Below, in pieces: positions 1 through 13,582 of a stretch of DNA of 64,000 bases. Source of the stretch: the human T2T-CHM13v2.0 reference genome, Homo sapiens; NCBI RefSeq assembly GCF_009914755.1, contig NC_060936.1; one strand, written 5' to 3'. The translations under genes and the position numbers were made by a program. How positions within the stretch are numbered: the stretch's first letter is position 1; each line of letters starts with the position of its first letter. A model generated the notes under the pieces. That model saw nothing but the letters and a program-made list of their open reading frames with translations. It did no database searches and was not told the origin of the DNA.

Positions 1-18
1 CTTTTCTATTGTAATAGA

Positions 19-190
19 AAACCTTTGAGGTAGATATTAATATCCACCTCAGTAAACCTTTGAGGTAGCTATTAATATCTTTACTTGTTCAAAAAAATTG
101 GTCAAATAACTTGCCTCTGGCCATAACATTACTAAATGAAAGTGCCAGGATTCAAAGTCAAGGCTTCTGGCTCCAAGGATAAACTGTTTT
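19..190 (-). mobile_element. MIR SINE fragment
   Basis: aaataacttgcc...ccaggattcaaagtcaaggcttctggctccaag resembles the antisense MIR core. Confidence 0.55.
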
Positions 191-781
191 TGCAATTCTT
201 TGACTCATTTATGTGTAAGCAATTGTTCAGAATATAAGAATTACTTTTAGGCTCCAATATTTGTGTAAAATTCAAGTAGTTGTGTAGTATCCAAAAATTT
301 TAAAGAAAATGGAGAGACAAAAATAGTGTTTACAAACTTGACAAGAACAAGAGAATTTATTTGCCAAAATTTCTAAATCAAAATGAATGACTCGCAGCTT
401 GACAAAATTAGGCATGAAAGAAATCCAAGAGGAAGAACTCTGACATCAAAAGCAATGTAAATGAAGCAAGTAATAATATTCAGCGTGAATCCTCACGTTT
501 CATGTTATGACAATGAATTCTTAATTATTTCAAATGAGATGCTCCTGGGAAAGCCTAAAGAACAGTCCTTTACACTTGTTTTTGGTATAATTGCAATCTC
601 TACCAATCTGGACTAGCTAAATGCACTGCATCACAAATCAATTACTGATTGCTTTCATCTTTTAAGTCTTTTATAGCAAAACACTACATGAAGTTTCTTA
701 AAATTACATTGTGGGCAATATGTTTTAAACTGTGTCTTGCAGGTCTTGTCCTAAGTATTTTTCTTAACATATGTTTTTCAG

Positions 782-939
782 AATCAGAGAAAGATATCAT
801 GCAGCTGATGTTAATTTCAATTCTGGGAAGATCTGGAGCACTACTACAGCATTTCCGTATCAGCTCTTTTCTAAGACCAAGTTTAATATACATATTTTTA
901 TTGATAACTCAACACAACCTCTTCATTTTATGCCATGTG
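782..939 (+). CDS. PIK3C2G: PIK3C2G internal coding exon (158 nt, phase 2->1): (K)IRERYHAADVNFNSGKIWSTTTAFPYQLFSKTKFNIHIFIDNSTQPLHFMPC
   Basis: Acceptor tttttcag|A, donor TGTG|gtaagc. The peptide matches recalled PIK3C2G sequence and joins the next exon in frame (G|CT = Ala). Confidence 0.95.
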
Positions 940-1384
940 GTAAGCAACCTTGCAAATAAGTCTACAAATCTATACAAAGCTGGTATTGGCGACGTAGCCT
1001 TGAATTCAAAGTCTGAAGTTATTAAAAAATAATATTAGCTACTGTTTTTCTCTGAAGTGAAATAAGAAGAAAACATCAGGGATCCATTTGTTAATACTTA
1101 AGGGAGGAAAGCAAAACTATTTTCTTCAAGAAGTATTTTCACATAGCTCACCCGACAATATTTTATCTTCCTGCTATAAAATGCTTAATAGCAAGTATAG
1201 CAAGTTTTTAATATATTAAAAAATGAATTTCAAAAGATTCTAGATAAGGATGGTATTAAAGTAAAAATGGCTGCTTCTATCTATTAGGAACAAGTATTTC
1301 CTTGAAATATAAATAAATTGTGAGGTAGAATAGGCATTGTTACACAGAATCTCTATTTCCTTAATGAGGAATCTAGTAGCATGG

Positions 1385-1508
1385 TATAACATACCTCCAT
1401 CAGAATTAGCAAACCTACTGATTCAGTCTCTGGGGATGACACCCAGGAATTTATATTTTATCAAATTCGCCTGAGGATTTTTACTTTTCTAAAGTTTTAG
1501 AATATCTG
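1385..1508. mobile_element. MER5-type hAT-Charlie fragment
   Basis: aaacctactgattcagtctctgggg...cccaggaatttatatttta...aaagttttagaatatctg resembles MER5. Confidence 0.55.
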
Positions 1509-1853
1509 TAAAGTTATTTAGTATCTTACTTCATTGTTATAGTCCACTATTTTGCAAAACAGTATTAGCTCTTTAAACATTTAGATTGCTATTAAGTGAG
1601 TTTCTACATATCAACAGGAAACTATTTCCTGGCACATAATGATCCATTAAATATTTTCTTTTATTTATTAATTATTGTTATTATTGTGCTTCTTTCTTAC
1701 TCTATTCAAGGTTCTCAGCTAATGCAGATGACTCCAATCATAGCAGTGTTATATTGGTATATTAGTTAAGACCCTCTTGGTTGGAAATGAAAAGAAACCA
1801 ATTCCTGCTAGCTTAAGCAAAAAAAAAAAAAAAATTGTTTTAAAGAATATAGG

Positions 1854-2205
<352 letters not shown>

Positions 2206-2824
2206 TTATTATAGAATTCAAGTATATGAATTTCAGCAAACAATTAGGAATATATGAAAAACACAAATAATCAAGCAGCCCAGAATTCCTGTATGCATCT
2301 CATTTCATTTCATATAATTGCTTCTCATATTCCTCTCACTCTCTGATCACTCATTTCCTTTGCTTATCTAAAACAAGTGGGAAGCCAAGCTACTAGTCTA
2401 GCTATCTACAGACAGTTCACTATCTCTATGGGATCCAGCTCCCAGTTCCTAAAAGCCAGATTCTGATTATTCGGCCAAGATCAATGATGCTGCACCTTGA
2501 TCCAATCAGAAAGACCATAGGTTGGGTCATGTTGTCTTCAGTTGCTGGCCACTATTAAATAGCATGTTCATGTAAGAGCTTAAAAGGGAGGATTATGATA
2601 TGTGAATATGAGAAGACAAATGACTTTACCCTATAGCATGTCTACATTTTGAGTTCCAAAGGAAAAGGTGGAGAGAGAGAGTAGATATTCATTAAAGTTT
2701 CTATAATATAGCTGTTCAAGCTAGAACCTTGAGTAATTACTACATGGGAAAGGAAGAAGAACCAACGGTGGATTTGGAGTCTGACAGATCTTGTTTAGAG
2801 TCTAGAGAACAACCAACTGTGGAG

Positions 2825-3050
2825 ACTTACAGTCATTAAGGGCACAGGCCTTGGAGTAAACAGATATTGTTTAAGTGTGACACTTAACACTAACTGTGTA
2901 ATCTCTACAAAATTGCATAGCTTCCCTGAAAATGAGTCCATTCATCTTTGAAACTTGGGATATAATACCTATATAATAGGTACAATAATCAAGAAATGAC
3001 ATGTAAAGCACTTAATAGAGTAATTGCTCCGTAAAATATAGCTATTATTA
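2825..3050 (+). mobile_element. MIR SINE
   Basis: ttaagggcacaggccttggag...actaactgtgtaatc...gatataatacct...atgtaaagcactta...gctattatta. Confidence 0.6.
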
Positions 3051-3846
3051 AAATTAATACTAACATTATATCCCAGAGTGAATATAACCTGTATAACACT
3101 TTTAAATTTACTGGCCACGTTTGTCTATTTTTTTATGATAGCTTCGCACCAGATTCTTGAAGAAAATAAACTGTGCTATTATAAATCCTATTTAACAGAT
3201 GAAGAAACTAGGTCAAAAAGGCGAAATAACTTGTTTACATAAATCAACTAAAAAATGAAAAATCTATATTATTTCCATGTCTCAGTGACAGAACATTGAT
3301 AAGAACATCTTAATGATCACAGAATTGTCTTAATGTCATGGCATGAATATGAATATTAACTAGTGTAAATGCCCTGAAAATATTTATTGCAGTTAATTCA
3401 GAATCTTTTATCTTGCTGATACCCTTAGAAGGAGCAATATGTCTCACTTTGGTTGAAAATGGAAAGAATCAAACACCCCCTGGAACTTTTGCCTGGCTAT
3501 ACCCAAGTTCCTGAGTGTATTTCCCAAGTCCCTAAGAGAAACTGCAGTAGATTTTTATGCAGAACTGCAGTGTACCAAGGGCTTTAACATGAGAAACACA
3601 ATACCTAGCTTTGTTATATCACATGAAAGCAGAACTGATCAAAGGAATTGCAAACAACATTTTCCCCAAATATCTTTAAATCTAACCAGTCTGATAAGTC
3701 AGATGAATCTCAATTTAATTCCCCTTGATGAAGCTAGACAGTTACAATCCTTCATAATGTGTTGGTCATATTTTGTGCTCAAAAACTTTTCCTAGTCAGT
3801 ATATGATACACTTTTATTGACTTTTATTATTCCTCTTTTTCTTTAG

Positions 3847-3961
3847 CTAATTATCTTGTCAAAGATCTAATTGCAGAAATTCTGCATTTTTGCACAAATG
3901 ACCAGCTACTCCCCAAAGATCATATTCTAAGTGTATGTGGCTCTGAAGAATTTTTACAAAA
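3847..3961 (+). CDS. PIK3C2G: PIK3C2G internal coding exon (115 nt, phase 1->2): ANYLVKDLIAEILHFCTNDQLLPKDHILSVCGSEEFLQ(N), Ras-binding domain region
   Basis: Acceptor ctctttttctttag|CT, donor CAAAA|gtaagt. Open frame with the PI3K-RBD-like motif ILSVCGSEEFL. Not in the ORF track. Confidence 0.95.
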
Positions 3962-4191
3962 GTAAGTATTTTATGAAATTTTGGTTGTATTATAATCTGT
4001 AAATATTAAGTTACCACTTGTTTATGGTTTTGTTTTAAACAGACTTTACACAAACATTATAGTCTTATATAATTAAATCAATTTTACCCCCTTTGCAGTG
4101 AATTTGAAATTTTCTAAATCATATTAACAATCTTATTCTTGATTTTATATTATGACTACTTATGAAAACAAATATTTAAATGACCTGTGAC

Positions 4192-4296
4192 TAGGGTGAC
4201 CAACCATCTCAGTTTGCTTGGAGGTAGCCCTCAGGATGTAGGAATTTCAGTTTTAAAACCAGTAAAGTCCCAAACTAGGACAAGTTGCTCATCCTA
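4192..4296. mobile_element. MER81/MER94-like hAT-Blackjack MITE
   Basis: Terminal inverted repeats tagggtgaccaac...gttgctcatccta, flanked by a degenerate 8-bp TSD cctgtgac/cctgtaat. Confidence 0.75.
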
Positions 4297-6228
4297 CCTG
4301 TAATAAAGCTTATTAGAACTGATCACAGCTAAGTAAATAAATTCTTTGGTGATAAGTAATTTTTTGGTTAGAATAATACTTGCATGTTGATTAAATACTG
4401 ATTTTTTTTTAAATCACAGGGGCCTTAAGTATAAGCATTATAACTTACTTTTTATGGAAGAGTAAGTTCTAAACCACCATTTCTTTATTGAGGCAGCTCA
4501 TTAAAAACAATTGGAAAAGCCTGTCCTCAGTATATCAACTTCAAATACTTATTTGATAAAAAAAAATCATCTTTTAGTTTACCAAAGTAACCATTTGCCT
4601 GAAATTCCTACAGACCAGTCTTGAACAAATAATACAGCTTTAAGAAAATAAATATTTCTCTGCTGGTATTGCATAGTTATTCTAAACAGTAAAGTATTAA
4701 AGACTAAAACGTTTAATACAGTAGATTCCTATTTATATATCCCCTTTGCATCTCTACAAGTATCTAAAGATTGAAAACATCTCATGGAAGTAAAAATGTA
4801 TTTCCTTTGAAATTCTCATTGTCACTGTCATTATTATTCCATCATGAATGTGCTTGAAATTATCTTTTGGGAAGTTTGATAAATTTGATGACATTCTTAT
4901 TAGTAAATCCAGTTCTTTACTGTGCAGTGTTAACAGTGAATGGCCTTAAGACTAATTATTTTCCTTTTTGTGGGAAAAATAATATTTCATTATTATTTAT
5001 TATTTTAATAACAAAATATATTGTATTAAAATAATATTTCAATAGCATTTTTATAATTATTATTTTATAATAAATAATTATACATAAACAAAATAATAAA
5101 TATTTATATGAAATTACATATGTTTTGTTGCACTAAGCTCACAGATATTCCCTTTTCCCTTTTTATTTGAACTTATTAACACACTCATTTACTAGTCTGC
5201 TACCTTCTCCCAACATACAATTTTGACAGTAAATCCAATGAGCACAGGAAAGCATTTTAGTAAATTTAACCTTATATTGAATACTCATTTAAACTCATCT
5301 TTTGAATGTGTAGTTTTCCAAATGTACATCTAGACTTTTCTTGATGCCAAAACATTATATCCAAAGAGCAAAACATTGTCAAATATTTGCATTAAGTTTT
5401 AGCAGTAGAAAATGCCATCCAGAAAGCAATTGTATTAAAGAGACAGAAATTCGGAAAAGTATAATGTGGAGAAAATTTACACACCTTGATTTAATCACTG
5501 TTTTAAATAGGTAAATTATTCATAAGTAGATGGCTCAATATTTAACTAATAAATGTACATGTTAATGTTTTCATAGTCATTTAATCATATTAAAATTTAT
5601 TTAATTGGGTTTTATTAAGATAGGAAAGTTGCCAAATATTAATATATGTAAAATATAGTCATTTATTCCCTAATGGACATTGAAACATTTGTGTATGTCA
5701 AGGATTTGCATATTATTTAAGAGTAATAGCCTATTTGTATTGACAGAACTTATTTTAATGTGCAGAATATTTACTACTGTTCTAGCATCTAAAGGAATAT
5801 ATATTAGTCATTCAAATATTACTTTTAGTGTATTCCTGTGTAACTTGTCTAAAAAATATGTCCTTAAAGACATGGAAATCTGTTCATAAAGCTCTTCTTT
5901 ATACAGAGAACACAGGTAGCATGTAATAAGTTAACAGTGCAATAAGTAAAAATTTAGACTCTAAAACTTATAGAAGTACACTTCATTTGGAGTATTCAGC
6001 TGGGGAAAATGCTAATTTTCTGATAATACTTCAAAATAATGGTCAAATAGATCATGAAACATATGACTACAAACATAGCACTGTTATATTGCTATATTAG
6101 TTAAGACCCTATATTTCTCAGGGTTAGTGAAGTATTACATAAAATCCTGAAAAAGGGGAAATGTAAATAAATATGACTATGAACCCATATAATGCATATA
6201 GAAATTTCAAAATTATTCTGATATTAAC

Positions 6229-6385
6229 ACCGTGTTCTCAAACTTTAAAGTGTCACCTGAGGATGTTGTTAGAAAAAGAATTCTGATTTCAGTTCGTCTG
6301 GGTGAGGCCTGAGGCTGTCCATTTCTAACAAGCATCTGGTGATGCCTATGCTGCCGGTCTACAGCCCACATTTCAAGTAGTGAGA
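6229..6385. mobile_element. MER5A hAT-Charlie element
   Basis: gtgttctcaaacttt...tcacctgagg...attctgatttcag...catttctaacaagc...gtgatgcctatgctgccggtc. Confidence 0.75.
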
Positions 6386-7351
6386 TATTAGAAGCCAAGA
6401 ATGGTAATGACTTAAGAACTTAGACTCTCCAAAAATTATCCTATTTTCCAGAACAGTACATGGTATAAAAACTAGCTCTAATCAACAAAGTAATAAAGAC
6501 ATTTTTACCTTGTACTATTGCAAAATTAAAAAGATGATTTTCCTAGCAAATCAAAATTTCCCTTTTCATATATCAACTATACTATTTTTGCAAGTTATTT
6601 AACATTCATTTTAATTTAGTATCAGAAAAGCTTTTCTCTCAATTAAAATATCCCGACTCACTCATTCTTATTCTCACTTTCATTTTCTCTCTCTCTCACT
6701 TTCTTACTCTCACTCTCCCTGTCTGATTTTAAATAATACAATATATAATGAACACAGAGCAAATTAAAGAATCAGAACATGAACTATCAATTTTGTCATA
6801 CGTTCATGGAAGCTTGATGCAAAATTGTCAGCAATATGAGAAATAATAGAAGAAAAGAAATCATCTGCTTCATTCAAAAAATATTAAAATCTTTCATCAT
6901 GTTGCTGTTCTTTAACTCCCGGTTTAATTACCATGGAGCAAGGAGTCCTTGATAATCCCATTTTCCATGCTCTTGTCCAATAGCTTGATCCCAGTCAGCC
7001 TTTCCAGTGAGCTCAAGGACAGGAATTATATCTTTTCTTTCCTATTGAATGTAGCACAGATATGAGATCCTAGAAAATGAAACTATTTCCTAGACCGTCC
7101 CTGCATCTCTCTTTTTGACAGGGAGTAACAATTGTACGTTCACCTATACTTGTAACCGTCTCACATGAGTATTTTTCTTCATAAATATATTGATAATATG
7201 TGAAGTATAATGCTTCTTCATAATTTTTTCTCTTATTACTCTCTAGCCAAATATTTACTAGGAGCGCAGGTTTTTCTGTTTCTCAATCCTAACCAAAAAA
7301 CCACTCCAGTGATTTGTTTTCTCTACAGCTGTGGTTTCTTTGTGTGATATA

Positions 7352-10300
7352 TTTTCTTATTGATACATTGTAAATATTCATGAGGTACATGTGATATTTG
7401 GATATCTACATAGAATGTATAATGATCAAGTCAGGATATTTAGAATATCCACCACCTAGAACATTTGTCATTTCTTTGTAGTAGGGACATTTCAAATCTT
7501 CTCTTCTAGTTTTTTTGAATATACAATAAATTGTTGTTAACTGTAGTCAAACTACTGTGCTCCCAAACACTGGAACTGATTCATTCTATCTAACTATATG
7601 TTTATATGTATTAACCCACCTCTCTTCATCCTCTCCCCATCCCATACCCTTCCCAGGCTCTTATAACTATCATGCTACACTCTAACTCCGTGAGATAACC
7701 ATTTTTAGTTCCCACATATGAGTAAGAATATAGAATATTTTGGCTTGTTTTACTTAATGTAATGGCCTCTAGTTCCATCCATGTTGCTGCAAATGACAGC
7801 ATTTCATTCTTTTTTAAATAATTGAACAGTATTCCATTGTGTATGTATACCACATTTTCTTTCTTTCTTCATTCATTGATGAATACTTAGGTTGATTCCG
7901 TATCTTGGCTAATGTGAATAGTATTTCAATAAACATGGAGGTGCAGGTATCCCTTTGTTATACTAATTTCCTTTCTTTTGGATAAACACCCATAAGTAGG
8001 ATTCCTGAATTGCATGGTAGTTCTATTTTTAGTCTTTTGCAAAATCTCCATACTGTTTTCCATAATGGTTGTAGTAATTTGCATTCTCTCCAACAGTGTA
8101 TAAGAGCTCCCTTTTCTCTGCATCCTTGCCAGCATTTGTTATTTATTTACTTATTTTTATAACAGCCATTCTAACAAGGGTAAAACAATATCTCATTGTT
8201 GTTTTGATTTGCATTGCTCTGATGACTAGTGATTTGAACATTTTTTATATACTTCTTGGCCATTTCTATGTCTTCTTTTGAGAAAGGTCTATTCAGATTG
8301 CTTGCCCACTTTTTGATGGGATTATTTGTTTGTTCATTTTTAGTTTGTGTGTTTTTTCTTTTTTTTTTTTTTTGCTGTTGAGTTTCTTTTATATTCTGCA
8401 TAATAGTCCTTGTTAGATTAACAGTTTGCAAATACTTTCTCCCATTCAACAGATTGTCTCTGTTGATTGTTTTGTTTGCTATGCAGGAGCTTTTTAGTTT
8501 AATATAGTCCTATTTGTGTATTTTTGTTTTTGTTGCCTGTGCTTTTGAGGTATTAGCCATAAAAAACTTGCCTACACCAATGTTCTGGAACATTTATCTT
8601 ATGCTTTATTCTAGAAGTTCTATAATTTCCGGATTTAGGTTTAAGTCTTTAATGTACTTTGAGTTGATTTTTATACACAGTGAGAGATAGGAGTCTAGTT
8701 TCATTCTTCTGCATATGAATACTTGGATTTATCAGCACCATTTATTGGAGAGGGTGTCTTTCCCCTAAGGTTTGTCCTCAACATCTTTGTCAAAAATCAC
8801 TAGGCTATAAATAAATGAATTTATTTTAGGGTTTTTTTTATTCTGTTCCATTAGCCTATGTGTTTGTTTTCATATCAATATCATTTTGCTTTGGTTACGA
8901 TAACTTTGTAATGTATTTTGAAGGCAAGTAGTGTGATGCCTGCAGCTCTGTTCTTTTTGCTCAAGATTGCATTCACTATTTGGGCTCTTTTTTACTTCCA
9001 TACAAATTTTTGGATTCTTTTTCTATTTCTGTGAAGAATATTATTGGTAATTTGATAAGAATTGCTTTGAATCTGTAGATTGGGTAGTATGGTCAAAACA
9101 ATGTTAATTCTTCTGATACACGAGCATGGGATGTCTTTCCATTTATTTGTGTGCTGTTCAATTTCTTTCACCAGAGATTTGTAGTTTTCCTTGCAGAGGT
9201 CTTTTACCCCTTTGGTTAAGTTTACTCCTAGGGTTTTTCAGTGTGTGTGGCAGCTGTTGTAAATGGGATTTCCTTCTTAATTTTTTTCCAGTTAGTTTGT
9301 TATGGGTTCATAAAAATGTTATTAATTTTTGTGTGTTGATTTGATATCTTGCAACTTTATTTAATTTGTTTATCAGTTTACAGAGTTTTTTGGTGGAATC
9401 TTCAGGTTTTTCTGAATATGAGATCCTGTCATCTGCAAAGAGGGACAACTTGACTTTCTCTTTTCCAATCTGGCTGCTTTTTATTTATATATTTTGCCCA
9501 ATTGTTGTGTGTAGGACTTCCATTATTATGCTGAATAAGAGTGCTAAAGGTAGGCAACCTTGTCTTGTTCTAGTTCTTAAAGAAAAGACTTTCAGCTTTT
9601 CTTCATTCCGTTTGATGTTAATGGTGGGTTTGTCATATTATTATGTTGAGGTATGTTATATTTATACCTAGTTTGTTGAGCGTTTTTATTATCAAGAATG
9701 TTTAGTTTCATCAGATACTTTTTCTGTACCTATTGAGATGAGCATTTGGTTTTTATTCTTCATTCTGTGGTCATGATGTATCATGCATATTGATTTGCAT
9801 ATGTTGGACCATCTTTGCATCCCTAGGCTCTTACTTGATCATGGTGTATTACCTTTTTAATGTATAATTGGATTCAGTTTGCCAATATTTTCTTCAGGAT
9901 GTTTGTGTTGATGTTCATTATCAGGACATTAATCTGTAGTGTTATTTTTTGTGGTGGCTTTGTCTGGTTTTAGTATCAGGGTAATGCTGGTTTTGTAGAA
10001 TGAATTAGGAAAATAATCCTCCCTCTTCAAATTTTGTGACTAGTTTGAAAATAATTTGTGTTAGTTCTTCTTTATAAGTTTGGTAGAATTCAGCAATAAA
10101 GCCATCTCATCCTGAGTTTTTCCTTGCTGAGAGACTTTTTATTACTGATTCAGTCTTATTTATTACTCATTATTGGTCTGTTCAGGTTTTCTGTTACAGC
10201 CTGAATCAATCTTGATAAGTTGTATGTGTTTATTGGATACATATAAATATGTATGTACTATTTCACATATAAAGAGAATAGTTATATGCTCTTGCTGAAT

Positions 10301-13010
10301 TGATCCCACTGTTATTGGAGACAAACCTTAGTTGTCTCTTTTGTATTGTTTTTCACTTAAGTCTATTTTATCTGATATAAGTATAGCTACTTCTGCTTAC
10401 TTTTGGTTTCTGTTTATGCAGAATATCTTTACATCCCTTCACTTTCAGTCTATATGTGTCTTTATAGGTGACATTTCTTGTAGACAGCATATAATTGGGT
10501 CATTTTTTAAAATCCATTCAACCAATCTGTATCTTTTAAGTGGGTAATTTAATTTCTTTATATTCAAGGTTATAATTGATAGGTGAGGACTTATTCCTGT
10601 CATTTTCTTAATTGTTTTCTAGTTATGTATATCTTTTGTTCCTTTCTTTCTCTCTCATTATTTAGCACTGCCACTTGGTGGTTTTCTGCAGGTGTAATAT
10701 TTTAGTTCTTTTTCTTTCTCATTTTTGTGACTGCTCTAACAGTAAGTTTTATACTTTCATGTGCTTTCATGATGATAGATATTGTTTTTTCACTTCCAGA
10801 TGTAGGCTTTCCTTAAGCATTTCTTGTAAGTCTGGTTTAGTGGTGATGAATTCTCTCAGTTTTTGCTTTCCAAGGAACAACTTTATATCTCCTTCATTTG
10901 GCAAGTATAACTTAGCTGTGTAGAGTATTCTTGGTTGAGAGTGGTTTCTTTTTTTCTTTCTTTGAGCATTTTGAATATATCATCTCATTCTTACATGGCC
11001 TGTAAAGTTTCTGCTGATAAATTTGCTGTTAGGCTGATGGCGATTTCCTTCCATGTGACTCAATGCTTTTCCCTTGCTCTTTTTACAATACTCTTTGTCT
11101 TTGGCTTTTGACAGTTTGGCTACAATGTGCAATGGAAAAGACCTTTTTGGGTTGAATCTATTTGGGGATTTTTGAACTTCCTATATATAGATTTCTAAAT
11201 CCCTAGCAAAACTTGGGAAGTTTTCAGCTATTGTTTTATTATATAGGTCTGCTATGCCTTTGCCCATCTCCACTCTTTATAGAACACCCAAAATGTGAAT
11301 ATTTGGTTGCTTTATGGTGTCCCATATGTCACATAGGCTTTCTTTATTTTGAAAATATTGTTTTACTTTTTTTTTGTCTGACTGGGTTATTTCAAAAGAC
11401 CTATTATGAAGTTCTGAAATTCTCTCTGCTTGAGCTAGTCTATTGTTAAAGGTCTTTGTTATATTTCTTATTTCATTCACTGAATTCTTTTGTTCCAGAA
11501 TTTTTGTTTGTTCCTTTTTTATTATTTTTGTCTCTTTTTTTACTCTCTTATTTAGATCCTGAATTGTTTTTATGATTTTTTGTGCTGTTTGCTTGTGTTC
11601 TCTTGTATCTCACTGAGTTTTTTTCATATCATTATTTTAAAAAGTTATCTCATATATTTTCTTTTCTTTGGAATGAAATTGGTGGCTGGAGAGTTTTGTG
11701 TTCTCTTGAAGATTCATATTTCTTTGCTTTTTATATTTCTTATGTCTTTACACAAAATATATATGCTATTAGTGTAATAGTCACTTCTTCCAATTTTTTT
11801 GGATAGGCTTTCATAGAGGAAGACTTTTTCCTACAGATACATCTATAGTGTGGGTGGGTATACAACTTCAGCATTCTTTCTAGGCAAATACAGCAGTGAT
11901 TTCTTGTGATTCCTTTAGCTGTAATCAGCATCAATGATTTCTGTAATTTCCTCAGTGGCTTAAGCTACAGTTGTTAGTTCAGGCAGTGGTGAGGCTTTGC
12001 TAGGGACAAGGATACTGGGTGAATTAAACCTCAGCTTCCAGTGTGGTAGTGGTGGACCAACCATGGCTGTCTTTGGGCTCCTGGGTAGCCTATGTGGGCA
12101 CTGGATTTAGCAGGTTCAGGTGAACTGATGCTTGGGCTCCCAGGTGACTTCCTTGGGTGCCAGCAGTGGCAGCAGAGGGCCGAGTGGATAGGCAGGTTTT
12201 GGGGCCCCTGGCAGTGCACCTACAATCAATGATGAAAGTAGCAGAGAAGAAGCAACACTCAGGCTCCCAGGAGGCTCACACTGGTGCTAGCAGTGGCAGT
12301 GACAAGGTGGGCAAGCCAATCCCTAAGTCCCCCAGTGGCTTGTGTGAATGGGTTCCAGCAGTGGTGGTGGTGCCATGCAATTCAGGCTTGTCCTCAGGCT
12401 CTATGATGGTGTTCACAGGAGTAGAATGTTATGGGTGGGCAGGGCGATCCTCAGGACTCTGGATAAGGTGCTTGGGCACTGATGACAGGCATTTTGGGCC
12501 TGTTTTGCAGCTCCCTGATGGTGTTCATGTGCACCAGTAGAAGCAGGCAGAGCAGCTCAATCCCCAGGTCCCCACCTCGCATGCTTGGGTCCTGGTGGGT
12601 CTTTTGTCAGGCCATCTGATGTTTTGCTGGTGTGTTTCAGGCATAGACAGGGTGGCATGATTCCCAGGGACCTGGGCAGTGTAGTTGGGCACTAGAGGTG
12701 TAGCACTAGATAGGGCAGAACTGTCCTCAGGGTCCCCAGTGGTACTTAGGAGTACAAGCTGTGATGGGCAGGATGCAGTGATTCCCAGCCCCACGGATAT
12801 GTTTGGGTGCTATGTGGCAGGCAGGCTAAGTCTTTTGTCAGGCTTCCTCTTGGTGCACATGCATGGCTGGGTGGCAGACGAGGCAGGGTGATTCCCAGGG
12901 TCCCAGACGTTAGGCTTGGGCACGGGGTGGAGGGGCAGTGCAAACCAGAGCAGGCCTGTCCTCAGACCCCCCAGTGGTACACACAGATGCAGTAGGCTGT
13001 GGTAGATGGG
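7352..13010 (-). mobile_element. Near full-length, decayed L1 (L1MA-type) antisense to PIK3C2G
   Basis: L1MA-like 3' end near 7355 and ORF2 C-terminal remnants (ORFs 7626..7853, 8171..8449 NNPIKKWA). ORF1p remnant in ORF 11277..11480 (NRLAQAERISEL...LCDIWDTIKQPNIHILGV). GC-richer 5' UTR at about 11950-13010. Confidence 0.9.
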
Positions 13011-13034
13011 CCTAACCTATGTGATTTAAGTAAT

Positions 13035-13052
13035 TTCTTTTTCTTTTCTTTC

Positions 13053-13100
<48 letters not shown>

Positions 13101-13308
13101 TTCTTTCTTCTTTCTCTTTCTTTCTTTCTCTTTCTCTCTCTTCTTTCTTTCTTTTCCTTTCTTTCTCTTTTCTTTCCTTCTTTCTCTCTTTCTCTCTCCT
13201 TCCTTCCTTCTTCCTTCCTTCCCTCCCTCCCTCTCTCCTTTCTTTCTTTCTTTCTCTTTCCTTTCTTTCCTTTCTCTCTTTCTCTCTCTCTCTTTCTTTC
13301 TTTCTTTC
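13035..13308. repeat. Complex (TTTC)n/(TC)n/(TTCC)n pure polypyrimidine tract, the expanded tail of the adjacent Alu
   Basis: About 270 nt of C/T only, lying inside the Alu TSD pair. Confidence 0.95.
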
Positions 13309-13582
13309 TGACACAGTCTCACTCTGTCACCCAGGCTGAAGTGCAGTGGCATGATCTTGGCTCACCGCAACCCCAGCCTCCCAAGTTATAATCAATTCTC
13401 CTGCCTCAGCCTCCAGAGTAGCTGGGATTACAGGCACGCACCACCACGCCTATCTAATTTCGAATTTTTAGTGGAGACAGGTCTTCACCATGTTGGTCAG
13501 GTTCACTCCTCATCTCCAGTGATCAGCCCACCTTGGCCTCTCAAAGTGCTGGGATTACAGGCATGAGCTGCCACACCCAGCC
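13309..13582 (-). mobile_element. Alu (older, J/S type), antisense
   Basis: Antisense Alu body. Perfect 13-bp TSD taagtaatttctt at 13027-13039 and 13583-13595. Confidence 0.93.

Noticed and set aside
649-1032. 127-aa ORF overlapping the first exon
   Set aside because: It is an alternative frame over a real exon with a non-ATG start and no recognisable homology. The true frame is that of ORF 771..959.
12031-12995. Cluster of ORFs in a GC-richer block suggesting a gene or CpG island
   Set aside because: The block is CpG-poor and contiguous with L1 ORF1, so it is best explained as an old L1 5' UTR.
12999-13391. F/S/L-rich and K/E/R-rich ORFs
   Set aside because: These are translations of the (TTTC)n tract and Alu.
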